Origin: Cordylochernes scorpioides
Lineage: Eukaryota
Length of the DNA stretch: 64,000 bases
Assembly (NCBI GenBank): GCA_030710605.1
Contig: CP092864.1
Coordinates: forward strand, 139,359,418 to 139,423,417
Direction of reading: 5' to 3'
The position numbers and the translations under genes are program-made. Shown one piece after another: positions 21,905 to 33,530 of this stretch. A model generated the notes under the pieces. That model was not told the DNA's origin and did not search any database. It saw only the letters and a program-made list of their open reading frames with translations. Numbering within the stretch: the stretch's first letter is position 1; each line of letters starts with the position of its first letter.

Positions 21905-22232
21905 TTAGAAAAAGGAGGAGGGGGAGCAGTAACAAGCTCACTAAAAAACCTGGGCTCAGCTGGCCCAGCTGATAGTACCCTGTTAGGGCTCCTAATCCAG
22001 GGATACAGGATGAGCAGCATTTGTACTCCATGTTAGGAGCAGCTGCACATAGCGTTTGTTCCTCATGTCAGAAGCGGCCATTTCTTTTGAAGATAAGTCA
22101 GCCTACCACTGAGTAGTGCTCCCATTCTTAATGACAAAGGCAGACGCATTCTACTTCACACAGTCATGATGGTTGTCAAACAAGCTTGATACCCTAATAT
22201 GATTGAGTGGAGATAAGAAAGAAGAAGAAGAG
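21905..22232 (+). mobile_element. SINE-1 copy (+)
   Basis: aaaaaggaggagggggagcagtaacaagctcactaaaaaacctgggctcagctggcc … gattgagtggagataagaaagaagaagaag. Confidence 0.7.
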
Positions 22233-22323
22233 ATCATTATGCTACTTCCCCTCGCAGTAAGGACAGTTGAAGTTTGTTTTATATTTTAAAGAAACATTTG
22301 TTCTTTAATGCCTTCATTTCTTA

Positions 22324-22503
22324 TACAGTAGAACCTCCATGAGAGGACACTCCTGCTAGAGGACACCTCTCTACAAAGGACAGTTTTCATTGTCAAAATT
22401 ACCATCTTTTCTATTTAGAAACTCTCCGGTAAGAGGACACCTCTCCCTAAAGGACACTTAGGCTCTGAAATTAGGTGTCCTTTACAGGGAGGTTCTACTG
22501 TAT
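22324..22503. mobile_element. MITE-2 full copy
   Basis: atacagtagaacctccatgagaggacactcctgctagaggacacctctctacaaaggacag… through …ctttacagggaggttctactgtat. Confidence 0.7.
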
Positions 22504-22575
22504 ATAGATGGCACATTATCGGCTTATAAATAATTATACTACTTCTTGAGCTAGGTCCATTACAGATGATACATT

Positions 22576-22885
22576 ATCTTCTTCTTCTTTCTTATCTCCA
22601 CACTGGGTGAAGTAGAATGCGTCTGCCTTTGTCATTAAGACTGGGAGCACTACTCAGTGGCAGACCGACTTAGCTCCAAAATAAATGGCCGCCTCTGACA
22701 TGAGGAACAGACACCATGTGCAGCCGCTCCTAACATGGAGTACAAACGCTGCTCATCCTGTATTTCTGGATTAGAAGCCTTTACAGGGTAATATCAGCCG
22801 GGCCAGCTGAGCCCAGGTTTTTTAGTGAGCTTGTTACTGCTCCCCCTCCTCCTTTTTCATCCGGGCTTGTGACCGGCAAGGGCGG
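22576..22885 (-). mobile_element. SINE-1 copy with an internal/tail deletion
   Basis: tcttcttctttcttatctccacac|tgggtgaagtagaatgcg… It lacks the 'tcaatcatattagggtatcaag…' segment. Confidence 0.65.
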
Positions 22886-22894
22886 AGTTATGAT

Positions 22895-23120
22895 ACATTA
22901 TGATAAAGCACAATTTGGATTATAGATTAGAAACATAAGGTAACAAAATCACCTCCAAATCAATACATTGTTCATGAGGTTTGGGTAACATTATTGTTAC
23001 CATCTTCAGACAAAATACTGGATTTAGTGAATGAAGAATCATTTAGTACTTTGGTAACAAAGCTGTTACTGAAATGACACACTATTTATTTGGATTTGGT
23101 CATATTTCCATGTGTTTCTG
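22895..23120. mobile_element. MITE-1 copy (diverged)
   Basis: Arms 'gattagaaacataaggtaacaaaatcacctccaaatcaatacattgttcatgaggtttgggtaacattattgttaccatcttcagacaaaatac' and '…ggtaacaaagctgttactgaaatgacacactatttatttggatttggtcatatttccatgtgtttc'. Confidence 0.55.
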
Positions 23121-23194
23121 ATACAGTAGAACTTCTATAAGAAGACCCCCTGTCTACAAAGGACAGTTTTACCTATTATTGTACTTCTTCTTCT

Positions 23195-23815
23195 TCTTCT
23201 TTCTCATCTCCACTCAACAATCATATTAGGGTATCAAGCCTTTAGAGCTTGAGAGGTTTGATGGTATCTACTGAGTAGATCTCATCATCAGCCTGGTGAT
23301 CTGAAGATAGAAAATAACAACAAAATCTACTCCACTTGCACAAAATGTAACTTGTCACCTGCAGCTCCAGAACACATTTTGGCTTGCATTGGATGTACCA
23401 AACAGGACCTTTGGGAGAGGCCTCTGCTTATGATCAAACAGCTCGAGGAGCATGAACTCATGGAATTCGTGTAATTTTTACACAAGGGGATAAGAAACAC
23501 AGATCTCATCGAAAGAAATTTGACTTTCATAATGATCGGGTGAAGTAGAATGCATCTGCTTTTGTCAAAAGGACTGGAAGCACTACTCAGTAGCAGGCTG
23601 ACTTAGCTCCAATATGAAATGGCCACCTCTGACATGAGGAACAGATGCCATGTACAGCCGCTCTAACATGGAGTACAGACTCATCCTATATACCTGGATC
23701 AGGAGCCCATACAGGGTACTATCAGCCAGGCCAGCTGAGCCCAGGTTTTTTAGCGAGCTTGTTACTGCTCCCCCTCCTCCTTTTTCATCCGGGCTTGGGA
23801 CAGGCAAAGACGGAA
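23195..23815 (-). mobile_element. SINE-1 copy split by a LINE-a 3' fragment at 23300-23530
   Basis: SINE tail part at 23195-23290, SINE body at 23530-23815, LINE-a coding 3' end between them. Confidence 0.55.
23300..23535 (+). mobile_element. LINE-a 3' end (ORF2 C-terminal CCHC zinc knuckle plus 3' UTR)
   Basis: Translates to 'CTKCNLSPAAPEHILACIGCTKQDLWERPLLMIKQLEEHELMEFV*' (C-x2-C-x9-H-x3-C) and then 'tttttacacaaggggataagaaac'. There are 8 such fragments in the window. Confidence 0.55.
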
Positions 23816-23939
23816 TTAATTATACCTATGAAACAATTTAATAGGGGCTAACTAATATTTTGTTAATGAGAATGGCCTGTGAAGAGAGTCCTGTCATGGT
23901 ATTAAGGAATGTTGCAAGCAAAGAGGGAAGGTAGATTTT

Positions 23940-24253
23940 AACTGTCTTCTTCTTCTTTCTTATCTCCACACTGGGTGAAGTAGAATGCGTCTGCCTTTGT
24001 CATTAAGACTGGGAGCACTACTCAGTGGCAGGCCGACTTAGCTCCAAAAAAAAAATGGCCGCCTCTGACATGAGGAACAGATGCCATGTGCAGCCGCTCC
24101 TAACATGGAGTACAAACGCTGCTCATCCTGTATCCCTGGATCAGGAGCCCTTACAGGGTACTATCAGCCGGGCCAGCTGAACCCAGGTTTTTTTAGTGAG
24201 CTTGTTACTGCTCCCCCTCCTCCTTTTTCATCCGGGCTTGGGACCGGCAAAGG
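23940..24253 (-). mobile_element. SINE-1 copy, short-tail variant
   Basis: Same deletion variant as 22576-22885. Confidence 0.65.
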
Positions 24254-24284
24254 CGAAAGTAGATTTTAACTGTAAGTTTTGCCA

Positions 24285-24560
24285 GTGTGCAAACTGTCCC
24301 ACACACACAATGTGTAATTTGGCTCTCACCAATCAGATCAGATTACTCCCAAATAGAATGGGAGATTAGGTGACTGTTTTAATCTCATTGCTTCCATAAC
24401 AATTCTTTTAGTCACAAGAATTTTTTTTTTATTGGGCTTAATGACTTTTTTAAAGTAGCAAGTAACTTATTTATTTCAATTTAAAGTGCTATGTCCCCCT
24501 AGGGACACTTGCACTGTCAAACATGTATGTCTTTACATTTGTATATACATATTTACGATA
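24285..24560 (-). mobile_element. LINE-b 3'-UTR fragment
   Basis: Contains the reverse complement of 'cgcaagtgtccctagggggacatagcactttaaattgaaataaataagttacttgc'. Confidence 0.4.
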
Positions 24561-25346
24561 ATTTTAGGCCATGAAGAATAGTCATATGATATTAACAAGG
24601 AGAAAGAGGGGGAAAAAAGTGAGAACAGAAAATTGTGTACAAAAGAAAGAAATGTCTGGCAATATATACAATCAACATAATATAAATTATCAGTTTCTTA
24701 AAAGATGTTTGTTCCCCATGTTTCCCACTCTCATACACAGAGAAATAAAAATAATAAATCAGAAGAAAAAGAGTAAATTAAAAGAAGATTTTTTTTCATT
24801 CAAAAGAAATATGTTCTACAATTAACAGAATGGAAGAAAAAAAATTATTAATAGCATTTACACAAATATGCTTTCAATTATATCCATCTATTTTTTTTTT
24901 GTCACCTATACTTTTATAAGTATATTAGGGATCTTAGAAAACATATTTTTCATCAGTACTTTTATTTTCTATTCCTGTTTACACAACTAATAACAGTACC
25001 AACTATCTAAATTACCAATAAATAAACCAATTATGCACTTTTTTTTATACACCTTTCCCCCGATTTACACGGTAGATACGTTCCTGAGAAAAACGTGTAA
25101 ATCGGGGGATAGGTGTACACAGAAATAAAAAATAAAATGCATTGACAGGTTAAAATATGTAATCAGCACATAAGCTCGGGATTCCTCGTGAGATGTGTAC
25201 ACAGCGCATGTGTTCAATCACAGTAGCATTTAGTATAGTGCGATAAAAACAAAAAAAAAAACTTATTTGGAAAACCGTGTAAAAGCGAAAACGTGTAAAA
25301 CAAGTACCGTGTAAATCGGGGGATAGGTGTATATATTTATATATAT

Positions 25347-25560
25347 AAAAAGCTCAATGTCCCCAAATTCTTGCAAAAGTCCAAAACCACTAGTGAGTGC
25401 AAGTAATCAAATGGTGCTCTGGCAAACTTGTAAGGGCAAAAGTCAAACCAATTTCTATATATGTAGAGGCATTTGGTACACTTACAGTAAAAGCAGTCGC
25501 CAAATTCTACCCACCATGATTATCATGGCCTGTACCACGTGTACTAGGGATAATAATAAG
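25347..25560 (+). mobile_element. SINE-2 copy, 5'-truncated
   Basis: aaaagctcaatgtccccaaattcttgcaaaagtccaaaacc… ctacccaccatgattatcatggcctgtaccacgtgtactagggataataat. Confidence 0.6.
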
Positions 25561-26143
25561 AAGAAAGAGGTCATGCTATATATTTTTTAACCATTTTCTA
25601 TGATTTTGCTCTCATCTCTCTCTTTATCTGGGGTGCATAGCTTTCTTCTGACTGCTTTCAAACTTTAATCTGATTTTCTTGAGAGCTTTTAAAATAGTTA
25701 TTTTTATAATATACATAACCCCCCTCTTTTTTTTTTTTTTTTTATTCATCAACCTTATACTATTTTTGATTAAAATTAACTGTCGTTAAAACAATTTTTC
25801 AAATCGCAATCAGGCTATTTACTTTAATTTAGCCAACTATAATTCAATACTGACAGAAATTTCTGATCCCCATCGGGTGTTGAATTAAAGAAGTTTGATT
25901 GTATTTTGGTACATCTTGTCATTCTATTGGTTCACTTTTGAACAATCAGGTTTGAATATAGGGAAATGTTTCAAATGAATCTTTTTTTTTTTTGTTTATG
26001 CTCTCAAAATATCACTTTGTTAGCTTGCATCTACAATATTGCCTGAGGCATAGTTCCCATGAAATGTCTGGAAGAGGTATTGCTGTTCACTCCTTCTGTA
26101 CAAAGCATCTTCACAGAGTTTTCAAGTTGGAAGATGTTTGCAG

Positions 26144-26243
26144 CTTCAAGAGGTCTATGACATCCTGACCAGCCTTTTCATCGACATTGAAGAACTCAAG
26201 AAAGACCATTCCATAATCCTCACTTCACCCTATGACAATAAAG
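26144..26243 (+). CDS. STX1: syntaxin-1-like exon (Habc region: LQEVYDILTSLFIDIEELKKDHSIILTSPYDNK)
   Basis: Acceptor tttgcag|ctt at 26143, donor aaa g|gtaggt at 26244. 'EELKKDHSIILTSPYDNK' aligns with syntaxin-1 'EEVKRKHSAILASPNPDEK'. The exon ends in phase 1, matching the next exon. Confidence 0.7.
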
Positions 26244-26469
26244 GTAGGTTCCTCTCTTCCCTGCACTCACTAATCAAGAAATTGTTGTTGATGTTCCTTT
26301 TCTTTTTCTAAAATGATTAAAAACTACAATAAAATCCCTCTATAGTGAACCCCAATGGGAGTGAACCTCTAGTTCACTATAGCCATGGTTTGTAATAGCC
26401 ATAGTTCACCGTATTATAAAATGAGGATTATTTCAGGTTTGGTAAAGCCCCTCTATGGCCAATAGCCAT

Positions 26470-26565
26470 TTCTATGCATGTTGGAGCTCGAAGAGCATGA
26501 ACTCATGGAGAATTTGTGTTATCTTCAAACAAGGGGATAAGAAACATGGTTCACATCGTTATAGC
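26470..26565 (+). mobile_element. LINE-a 3' fragment
   Basis: …ggagctcgaagagcatgaactcatggagaatttgtgttatcttcaaacaaggggataagaaac. Confidence 0.5.
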
Positions 26566-26756
26566 CATAGTTCACTGCATTTTAAAATAAACATGGGGAT
26601 TATATCAAACATATATAAAATGGACTTATTTTTGTGAATTTTTGGGTGTTTTAGAGCATACTTACTAAAATATCAGGTGTATGTCGTTCAGCATAACCTT
26701 CTAAAGAGATAGCGCAGAGAGAAAGGCACACACAAGAGAATAAATTAATACAAAGT

Positions 26757-27072
26757 CTTCTTCTTCTTCTTTCTTATCTCCACACTGGGTGAAGTAGAAT
26801 GTGTCTGCCTTTGTCATTAAGACTGGGAGCACTACTCAGTGGCAGGCCGACTTAGCTCCAAAAGAAATGGCCGCCTCTGACATGAGGAACAGACGCCATA
26901 TGCAGCTGCTCCTAACATGGAGTACAAACACTGCTCATCCTTTATCCCTGGATTAGGAGCCCTTACAGGGTACTATCAGCCGGGCCAGCTGAGCCCAGGT
27001 TTTTTAGTGAGCTTGTTACTGCTCCCCCTCCTCCTTTTTCATCTGGGCTTGGGACCGGCAAAGGCGGAGTTA
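26757..27072 (-). mobile_element. SINE-1 copy, short-tail variant
   Basis: tcttcttcttctttcttatctccacactgggtgaag… through …gggaccggcaaaggcggagtta. Confidence 0.65.
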
Positions 27073-27763
27073 ATACAAAGTAATAACGCGTCACTATATA
27101 TAACGAATGAAGACATTATTTAAATGTAATTCTACTATCCTAAAAGCTTATATCCATAGTTTGCTTAAATACCATTTCTAAGATTCCACCCTTCAGCGCA
27201 GCATATAAAAGCAAAATGATCCAATACAGTATTGGTGCTCTAAAGAAGCGGTCTGGTAGATTAAAAAAAAAAAAAATTGGCAAAATCACTAGGAGGGTTC
27301 ACCACTGATGAGCCAAGCTCTCCTAATATTTTTCATCGCAGTAAGGACAGTAAAAGTTTGATTTATGTATGAAAAGAAACATTTGCATCTTAATGTCTTC
27401 AAGAGAATAAATGATCATTATAAAGCATCAATGCCACAAAATCTTGATTTTTTAGATGAAAAGTCAAACCCTAGAACAAATACGCCATTGGACATCATGT
27501 TGACATCAGCAGCTGTAGATTCCTCCATTGTACAAGCCGGCCCAACTTGATACAGCAAATGTCTGACAACAACCTCAGGTAGGGAAGTTGAATCAGGAGG
27601 AAGGAGCGTGGAGACAATGGAGGTGTTGGTTGGGTCAGCTCCCCCATACCAATTAAGAATTTCATCACAGAGTTGAAATACTTCCTCCCACATATCATTA
27701 TTTTTGGTGGTGGTGGTGGTCATTGAATCACACTTCTTTCTTCCCCTTCCCCCTTTAAGGAAT

Positions 27764-28165
27764 TCTATATACTGTTACGAGTGTCATGCGTTCTTAATAA
27801 TTTTTCATCTCTGTCACCGTTTGCTTTTTTTTGGAATGGCGCTCTTCTATTGGTTGGCTACGATCACGCCACCTTTGCCCCCCCCCCCACTCGCTTCTTC
27901 GTTTTTGTAACTATTGTGTTGGAGCGGGTCGCTCCTTAAATAAATGCATATATTAGTTAATAACTAAATGGAATCCTCTCTTTCTTTTTCCCAGTAAGAG
28001 ACGCCTACGGAAGCCAACAGTACATAGACAGATAAAGCACATAGGCTATAGTTATTAACTAACATATGCATTTATTTAAGGCGCCAAATTATAATTGTAA
28101 CAAATAGTATTTGAATCAAAACATTCAATCGGGTAAAACACGGGCGTTGCCCGGGTCATTCGGCT
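27764..28165 (+). mobile_element. Helitron-like element, family X, + orientation
   Basis: Reverse complement of the 10062-10470 copy. It ends …cgggcgttgcccgggtcattcggCTAG|T at 28165. Confidence 0.6.
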
Positions 28166-28345
28166 AGTGTGAAGAGAAGAGAGATTAAGGTTGAAACTAC
28201 TTTATTACAATCCATATAAGTTTAAATATAAAATACTGAATATAAATAAGGCTAAATAATGATAAATATATGGATAAAATAAATATAAATGTATAAGGTA
28301 ATTTATAAATATACATATACAGTTATTTAAGAGGCGTAATATTCT

Positions 28346-28547
28346 TTTTAAAATAAAACAATTTCTACTGTCCTTACTGCGATGGAAAAATTAAAGGGAG
28401 GGCCTGGCTCATCAGTGGTGAACCCTCCCAGCGGTTTCGCCAGTTTAAACTGGCGAAACCGCTGGGAGGGTTCACCACTGATGAGCCAGGCCCTCCCTTT
28501 AATTTTTCCATCGCAGTAAGGACAGTAGAAATTGTTTTATTTTAAAA
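28346..28547. repeat. Perfect ~200-bp palindrome (P1 family), centre at 28446/28447 in 'cagtttaaactg'
   Basis: Arms 'aaacaatttctactgtccttactgcgatggaaaaattaaagggagggcctggctcatcagtggtgaaccctcccagcggtttcgccagttt' read identically on both strands. Confidence 0.8.
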
Positions 28548-28615
28548 AGAATATTACGCCTCTTAAATAGTTTTATAATTTGATAACAGATGGCGCTCTA
28601 GTACATCGTAATACA

Positions 28616-28797
28616 TATACAGTAGAACCTCCATGATAGGACACTCATGCTAGAGAACACCTCTCTATAAAGGACAGTTTTCACTTGCAAAATTACCATT
28701 TTTACAACTTAGCAACTCCCCGGTAAGAGGACACTTCTCCCTAAAGGACACTTTAGCTCTTCAATTATGTGTCCTTTACAGGGAGGTTCAACTGTAT
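28616..28797. mobile_element. MITE-2 full copy
   Basis: Both TIRs present. Confidence 0.7.
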
Positions 28798-29046
28798 CTA
28801 TAATTATATAAAAGTTCTTCATTGGTGGCCCCCCACTGCAGGAAAGATACCACCACCGCAGAGTTCTTTCCCCACAAAGTGGGCAAGTCGATGTGATGGC
28901 TGGCGTTACTCACCTCAAGACCAAGATGGTACTTGTAGAGAGAGAGAGAGCACTATGACTTTATTTTAAGTTATTCCTATTAAAGAAATAAGATTTTTAT
29001 CTTTAGAGCTATCAAGGGTTACTATTTTTAAAATAATTGTTTTTAT

Positions 29047-29372
29047 TTGTGTTGGGGGGGGGGGGGTCAGTGGAAGGCTGGTTAAACCGTTTGGTTTTCG
29101 ACCACTACGACCCGGGTTCGATTCCCGCATTGGACACTTTTTTCTGTTTAAAAAAAAAAAAATGCTCCAATGGCCCCCCCGATTCTTGCAAAAGTCCAAC
29201 CCCACCAGCGAGTGCAAGTAACCAAACGGGGCTCTGGCACATTTGTAAGTGCAAAGTCGAACTGCTTTTCACATGTGTAGACATGTGGTGCGCTTACAGT
29301 AAAAAGCAGTCGCTAACTACCCACCATGATTATCATGGCCTGTACCACGTGTACTAGGGATAAGCAAAAAAA
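29047..29372 (+). mobile_element. SINE-2 full copy (tRNA-like head plus body plus 'gggataagcaaaaaaaa' tail)
   Basis: The head 'gggtcagtggaaggctggttaaaccgtttggttttcgaccactacgacccgGGTTCGATTCCcgcattgg' has box-B-like GGTTCGATTCC, which indicates tRNA derivation. The tail is poly-A. Confidence 0.7.
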
Positions 29373-29509
29373 ATTGTGTTGGGAAAAAAATGACGCTTTT
29401 CAATCTCATTCGTCTCTTTTGAGTTATTATATAGAAGTTATTTTGAGAGATGCAGGAAAAGAATCATGGAAGTAATACATTTATTTGGAAGAGCAGATAG
29501 TCTTCTTCT

Positions 29510-29872
29510 TCTTCTTTCTTATCTCCACTCAATCATATTAGGGTATCAAGTTGTGACCCTTGATGGTATTTGACAACCATCATGTCTGGGTGAAGTAGGA
29601 TGCGTCTGCCTTTGTCATTAAGACTGGGAGCACTACTCAGTGGCAGGCCGACTTAGCTCCGAAAGAAATGGCCGCCTCAGTCATGAGGAACAGACGCCAT
29701 GTGCAGCCGCTCCTAACAAGGAGTACAAACGCTGCTCATCCTGTATCCCTGGATTAGGAGCCCTTACAGGGTACTATCAGCCGGGCCAGCTGAACCCAGG
29801 TTTTTTAGTGAGCTTGTTACTGCTCTCCCTCCTCCTTTTTCATCCGGGCTTGGGACCGGCAAAGGCGGAGTT
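29510..29872 (-). mobile_element. SINE-1 full copy
   Basis: Consensus match along the full length. Confidence 0.7.
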
Positions 29873-30059
29873 AGAGCAGATAGTAGAGTGTGGTAACAGT
29901 GGTTTGGTCTTGATGATGGAGATCTCCTTGTAGTGAAGCCACTGAGGTTGTTGAGAGGATCTTCTTACATGTTCACACCATTGCCCACACTGGGATGTTG
30001 TCCCTGAGTCAACAGCCTAGTCACAAATATATTTCTCTGTCTCTATGATAAACATGATA

Positions 30060-30365
30060 GACCCCCCCTAGTACACATGGTCCAGGCTATGATAATCATC
30101 TTCTTCTTCTTTCTTATCTCCACTCAATCACACTAAGGTATCAAGCTTGTAAAGCTTGAGATATGATAATCATGTTGGGTAGTAGTTGGCAACTGCTTTT
30201 ACTGTAAGTGTACCACATGTCTATACATGGGAAAAGCAGTTTGACTTTTGCGCTTATAAGTATGCTGGAATCCCGTTTGGTTACTTACACTTGCTGGTGG
30301 AGTTGGACTGTACAAGAATCAGGGGCCATTGGAGCATATTTTTTTTTATCAGAAAAAAGTTCTCA
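30060..30365 (-). mobile_element. SINE-2 copy carrying an inserted SINE-1 tail fragment (30090-30160)
   Basis: Reverse complement of the SINE-2 3' region, interrupted by 'cttcttcttctttcttatctccactcaatcacactaaggtatcaagc…'. Confidence 0.55.
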
Positions 30366-30419
30366 ATGCAAGATTCTCATGGAATATTATAGTTACTACG
30401 TATATAACATCTCTATGAT

Positions 30420-30545
30420 AAGGTACAATTTGGATTATAGATTAGAAACATATGTAACTAAAGTACTTTTGTCTGATGATGGTAACAATGCTGTTACCGA
30501 AACGTCACACACTATTTATTTGGATTTGGCCTTTTTACCTATGTT
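30420..30545. mobile_element. MITE-1 partial copy
   Basis: ggtacaatttggattatagattagaaacatatgtaact…ctgatgatggtaacaatgctgttaccgaaacgtcacacactatttatttggatttggcc. Confidence 0.55.
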
Positions 30546-30774
30546 TCAAACCCTCAAATAAATAAAGAGCCCGTATATAAAGGTAATATTCTGAGGAAAA
30601 CAAAATTAACAAGTCTGTTGATTAAAGCTTCCTGTTGCAACATCATGCTCTCTTCCTGACTCCAGTTTATCTGTGCTGTGGTTTCCATCTCAAGTTTTAC
30701 AAATTGATGAGACACAAGAGTTTCCATTTCCCCCATTGTTGCTTACATTCAACTGGATAGAAACTCCACCTTTG

Positions 30775-31165
30775 CTGGTCCCAAGCCCAGATCAAAAAGG
30801 AGGAAGGGGAGCAGTAACAAACCCACTAAAAAACCTGGACTCAGCTGGCCCGGTTGATAGTGCCCTGTAAGGGCTCCTGATCTAGGGATACAGGATGAGC
30901 AGTGTCTGTACTCCATGTTAGGAGCGGCTATATCCTGTATCCCTGGATCAAAAGCCCTTACAAGGTACAGGATGAGCAGCGTCTGTACTCCATGTTAAGA
31001 ACAGTTATACTTTGCGTCTGTTCCTCAAATCAGAGGTGGCCATTTCATATTGGAGCTAAGTCAGCCAACTAATAAGTAGTGCTCCCAGTCTTAATGACAA
31101 AGGCAGACACAATATAGCTTGATACCCTAATATGATTGTTGAGTGGATAAGAAGGAAGAAGTACA
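30775..31165 (+). mobile_element. SINE-1 copy with an internal ~60-bp duplication (30900-30990)
   Basis: 'ggatacaggatgagcag.gtctgtactccatgttag' occurs twice. Confidence 0.6.
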
Positions 31166-31589
31166 GGTTAGAAACTCCTGGTGGCTTCCTCGTTGTCCTT
31201 TTGGTTGGGTCAGTTTTGTACTGGTGGTTGGTCAAATAGGAGATTATTTTCTAAGATTTGTAACTCCTGAGATCATGTGACATGGGCAGGAAGTAGGTCT
31301 CCCGATAAACCTTGTTGAATGATTCAGTGAGAACTTGTGGGAAATCCCATCCATAATTCAACAAACCTTCCGGTTGTGTCAAATACAAGCTGTGAACTCA
31401 TTACATGTCATTTCAATACCTTTGTTCTGTAAACTTCCTGCACAATTCCCACTGACTCTCAATTAAACTCACTGTGGGGAGGAGATGATTAATCTTATTG
31501 CTTATTTTTTTCTATACTCTCCTAATTTGACTTACAATAACTGAAATTACTACTTTTCACATGTGTAGACATGGTGCGTGTACAGTAAA

Positions 31590-32280
31590 AACAGTCACCT
31601 ACTTTTATCCACCGTGATTATCATGGCCTGTACCATATTTGTGTGTATTAGGGATAATAATAAAAAATAGTAATAACTGAAATGGGCATGTGTCAAAATA
31701 AGCAGTCGCCAACTACCCACCATGATTATCATGGCCACATGTACTATGGATAATAATAAAAAATAGTAATAACTGAAATGGGCATGTGTCAAAATAAGCA
31801 GTCGCCAACTACCCACCATGATTATCATGGCCACATGTACTATGGATAATAAGAAAAATAGTAATAACTGAAATGGGCATGTGTCAAAATAAGCAGTCGC
31901 CAACTACCCACCATGATTATCATGGCCACATGTACTATGGATAATAAGAAAAATAGTAATAACTGAAATGGGCATGTGTCAAAATAAGCAGTCGCCAACT
32001 TCCCACCATGATTATCATGGCCACATGTACTATGGATAATAAGAAAAATAGTAATAACTGAAATGGGCATGTGTCAAAATAAGCAGTCGCCAACTACCCA
32101 CCATGATTATCATGGCCACATGTACTATGGATAATAAGAAAAATAGTAATAACTGAAATGGGCATGTGTCAAAATAAGCAGTCGCCAACTTCCCACCATG
32201 ATTATCATGGCCTGTACCACATGTACTATGGATAATAAGAAAAATAAAATAACTGAAATGGGCATGTGTCAAAATAAATA
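31590..32280. repeat. Satellite, ~121-bp unit × ~5.5, derived from the SINE-2 3' region
   Basis: Unit 'aaaaatagtaataactgaaatgggcatgtgtcaaaataagcagtcgccaactacccaccatgattatcatggccacatgtactatggataataag'. It causes the spurious overlapping ORFs at 31595-32272. Confidence 0.85.
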
Positions 32281-32496
32281 GTCGCCAATTATTTGTAGAA
32301 GGAGCATGGGAATATCAGAACCTTGTGGCACATGGTTTGCCATGGATCAAGAAATGCCAGGATGCTCAATCACCTCACAATGCTCTGAAGATTTTACCAT
32401 ACACAAAAAGAGAAATCGAATTTCAAAATCTCAAAAGAGATGAAATAATCTCAATAGAACTAGGCATATATCAATTTGTTTCAAGTCTCCCTGTAA

Positions 32497-32665
32497 CCTC
32501 CCTGTAAAGGACACCAAATTGTGGAGTAAAAGTGTCCTTTAAGGAGAGGTGTCCTCTTACCGGAGAGTTGTTAAATAGTAAAAATGGTAATTTTGATAAT
32601 GAAAACTCTCCTTTGTAGAGAGGTGTCCTCTAGCTGGAGTGTCCTCTCATGGAGGTTCTACTGTT
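32497..32665. mobile_element. MITE-2 copy, left end truncated
   Basis: cctccctgtaaaggacaccaaattgtggagtaaaagtgtcctttaaggagaggtgtcctcttaccgg… through …catggaggttctactgt. Confidence 0.6.
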
Positions 32666-32699
32666 TATGTAAAAAGAAACACATTTCCAAAAAAATAAT

Positions 32700-33050
32700 T
32701 TTTACAAATTTTTAAACACAAGGTAATAAGACCAAATCCAAATAAATAAATAGTGTGTGACGTTTCGGTAACAGCGTTGTTACCATCTTCAGACAAAAGT
32801 GCTGAATGAGAAAAAATATCATAGCATGTTTTAAATAGTTACTGTTATCAAGTGAATATATTACACATGATATATTTACTTATATACACTTATATTCACT
32901 TGATAACAGTAACTATTTAAAACATGCTGCGATATTTTTTCTCATTCAGTACTTTTGTCTGAAGATGGTAGCAATTCTGTTACCAAAATGTCACACACTA
33001 TTCATTTATTTGGATTTGGTCTTTTATTACCTTGTGTTTATAAATTTATA
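32700..33050. mobile_element. MITE-1 full copy with a ~150-bp palindromic internal insert (32815-32945)
   Basis: Arms are at 32705-32810 and 32945-33045. The internal 'atcatagcatgttttaaatagttactgttatcaagtgaatata…' is itself a palindrome. Confidence 0.7.
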
Positions 33051-33384
33051 TACACAAAAAAAATCCTTTAATTTTAAATTATCCCTATATATAGGATGGA
33101 TTTTATTTAATTCAAAGAAAGAGGTTAGATAAGCAGAGAGAGAGCTGTTAAATAATCAATGAGAGGGAATCACATAAAGGATTTCCATGTTTCCATCCTT
33201 TAAGTAACGGTCAGTGTCACAAGGAGCAACAACAATGGAGTTATTGCACATCTCCAGTAAATCATCTCTTTGTCCCACATACTCTGGTACCTTCATTTAC
33301 CTCACAGTTCTGAAGATCATTGGAAGTTGATTCAGAGAAAAACAGCCACATCAAACAATCTTACCTCACATTGCCATTATTATT

Positions 33385-33530
33385 TTGGGACTTGAAATAG
33401 GTTCGTTATTTTAAAAATCGCAAAGTTCATTATAACGATGGTATTTTCAATGGAATGGAATTGGGAATCACCTTAGGTTTTTTATAAGGGAAGGTTCACT
33501 ATACCAAGGTTTTACTGTATTTACAAATTA
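33385..33530. repeat. Second copy of the 'gttcgttata' family
   Basis: Colinear with 17810-17990. Confidence 0.5.

Noticed and set aside
27418-27723. 101-aa minus-strand ORF (MTTTTTKNNDMWEEVFQLCDEILNWYGG…)
   Set aside because: I did not recognise the peptide. It begins in a (CCA)n/(GGT)n tract next to a Helitron-like end, so it may be a TE-derived or chance ORF. I left it unannotated, although expression data could revive it.
31595-32272. Three overlapping approximately 80-100-aa ORFs with near-identical peptides (…FQLLLFFLLSIVHVAMIIMVGSWRLLILTHAHFSYYYF…)
   Set aside because: They are produced by the 121-bp SINE-derived satellite. The same sequence repeats in frame. They are not coding.
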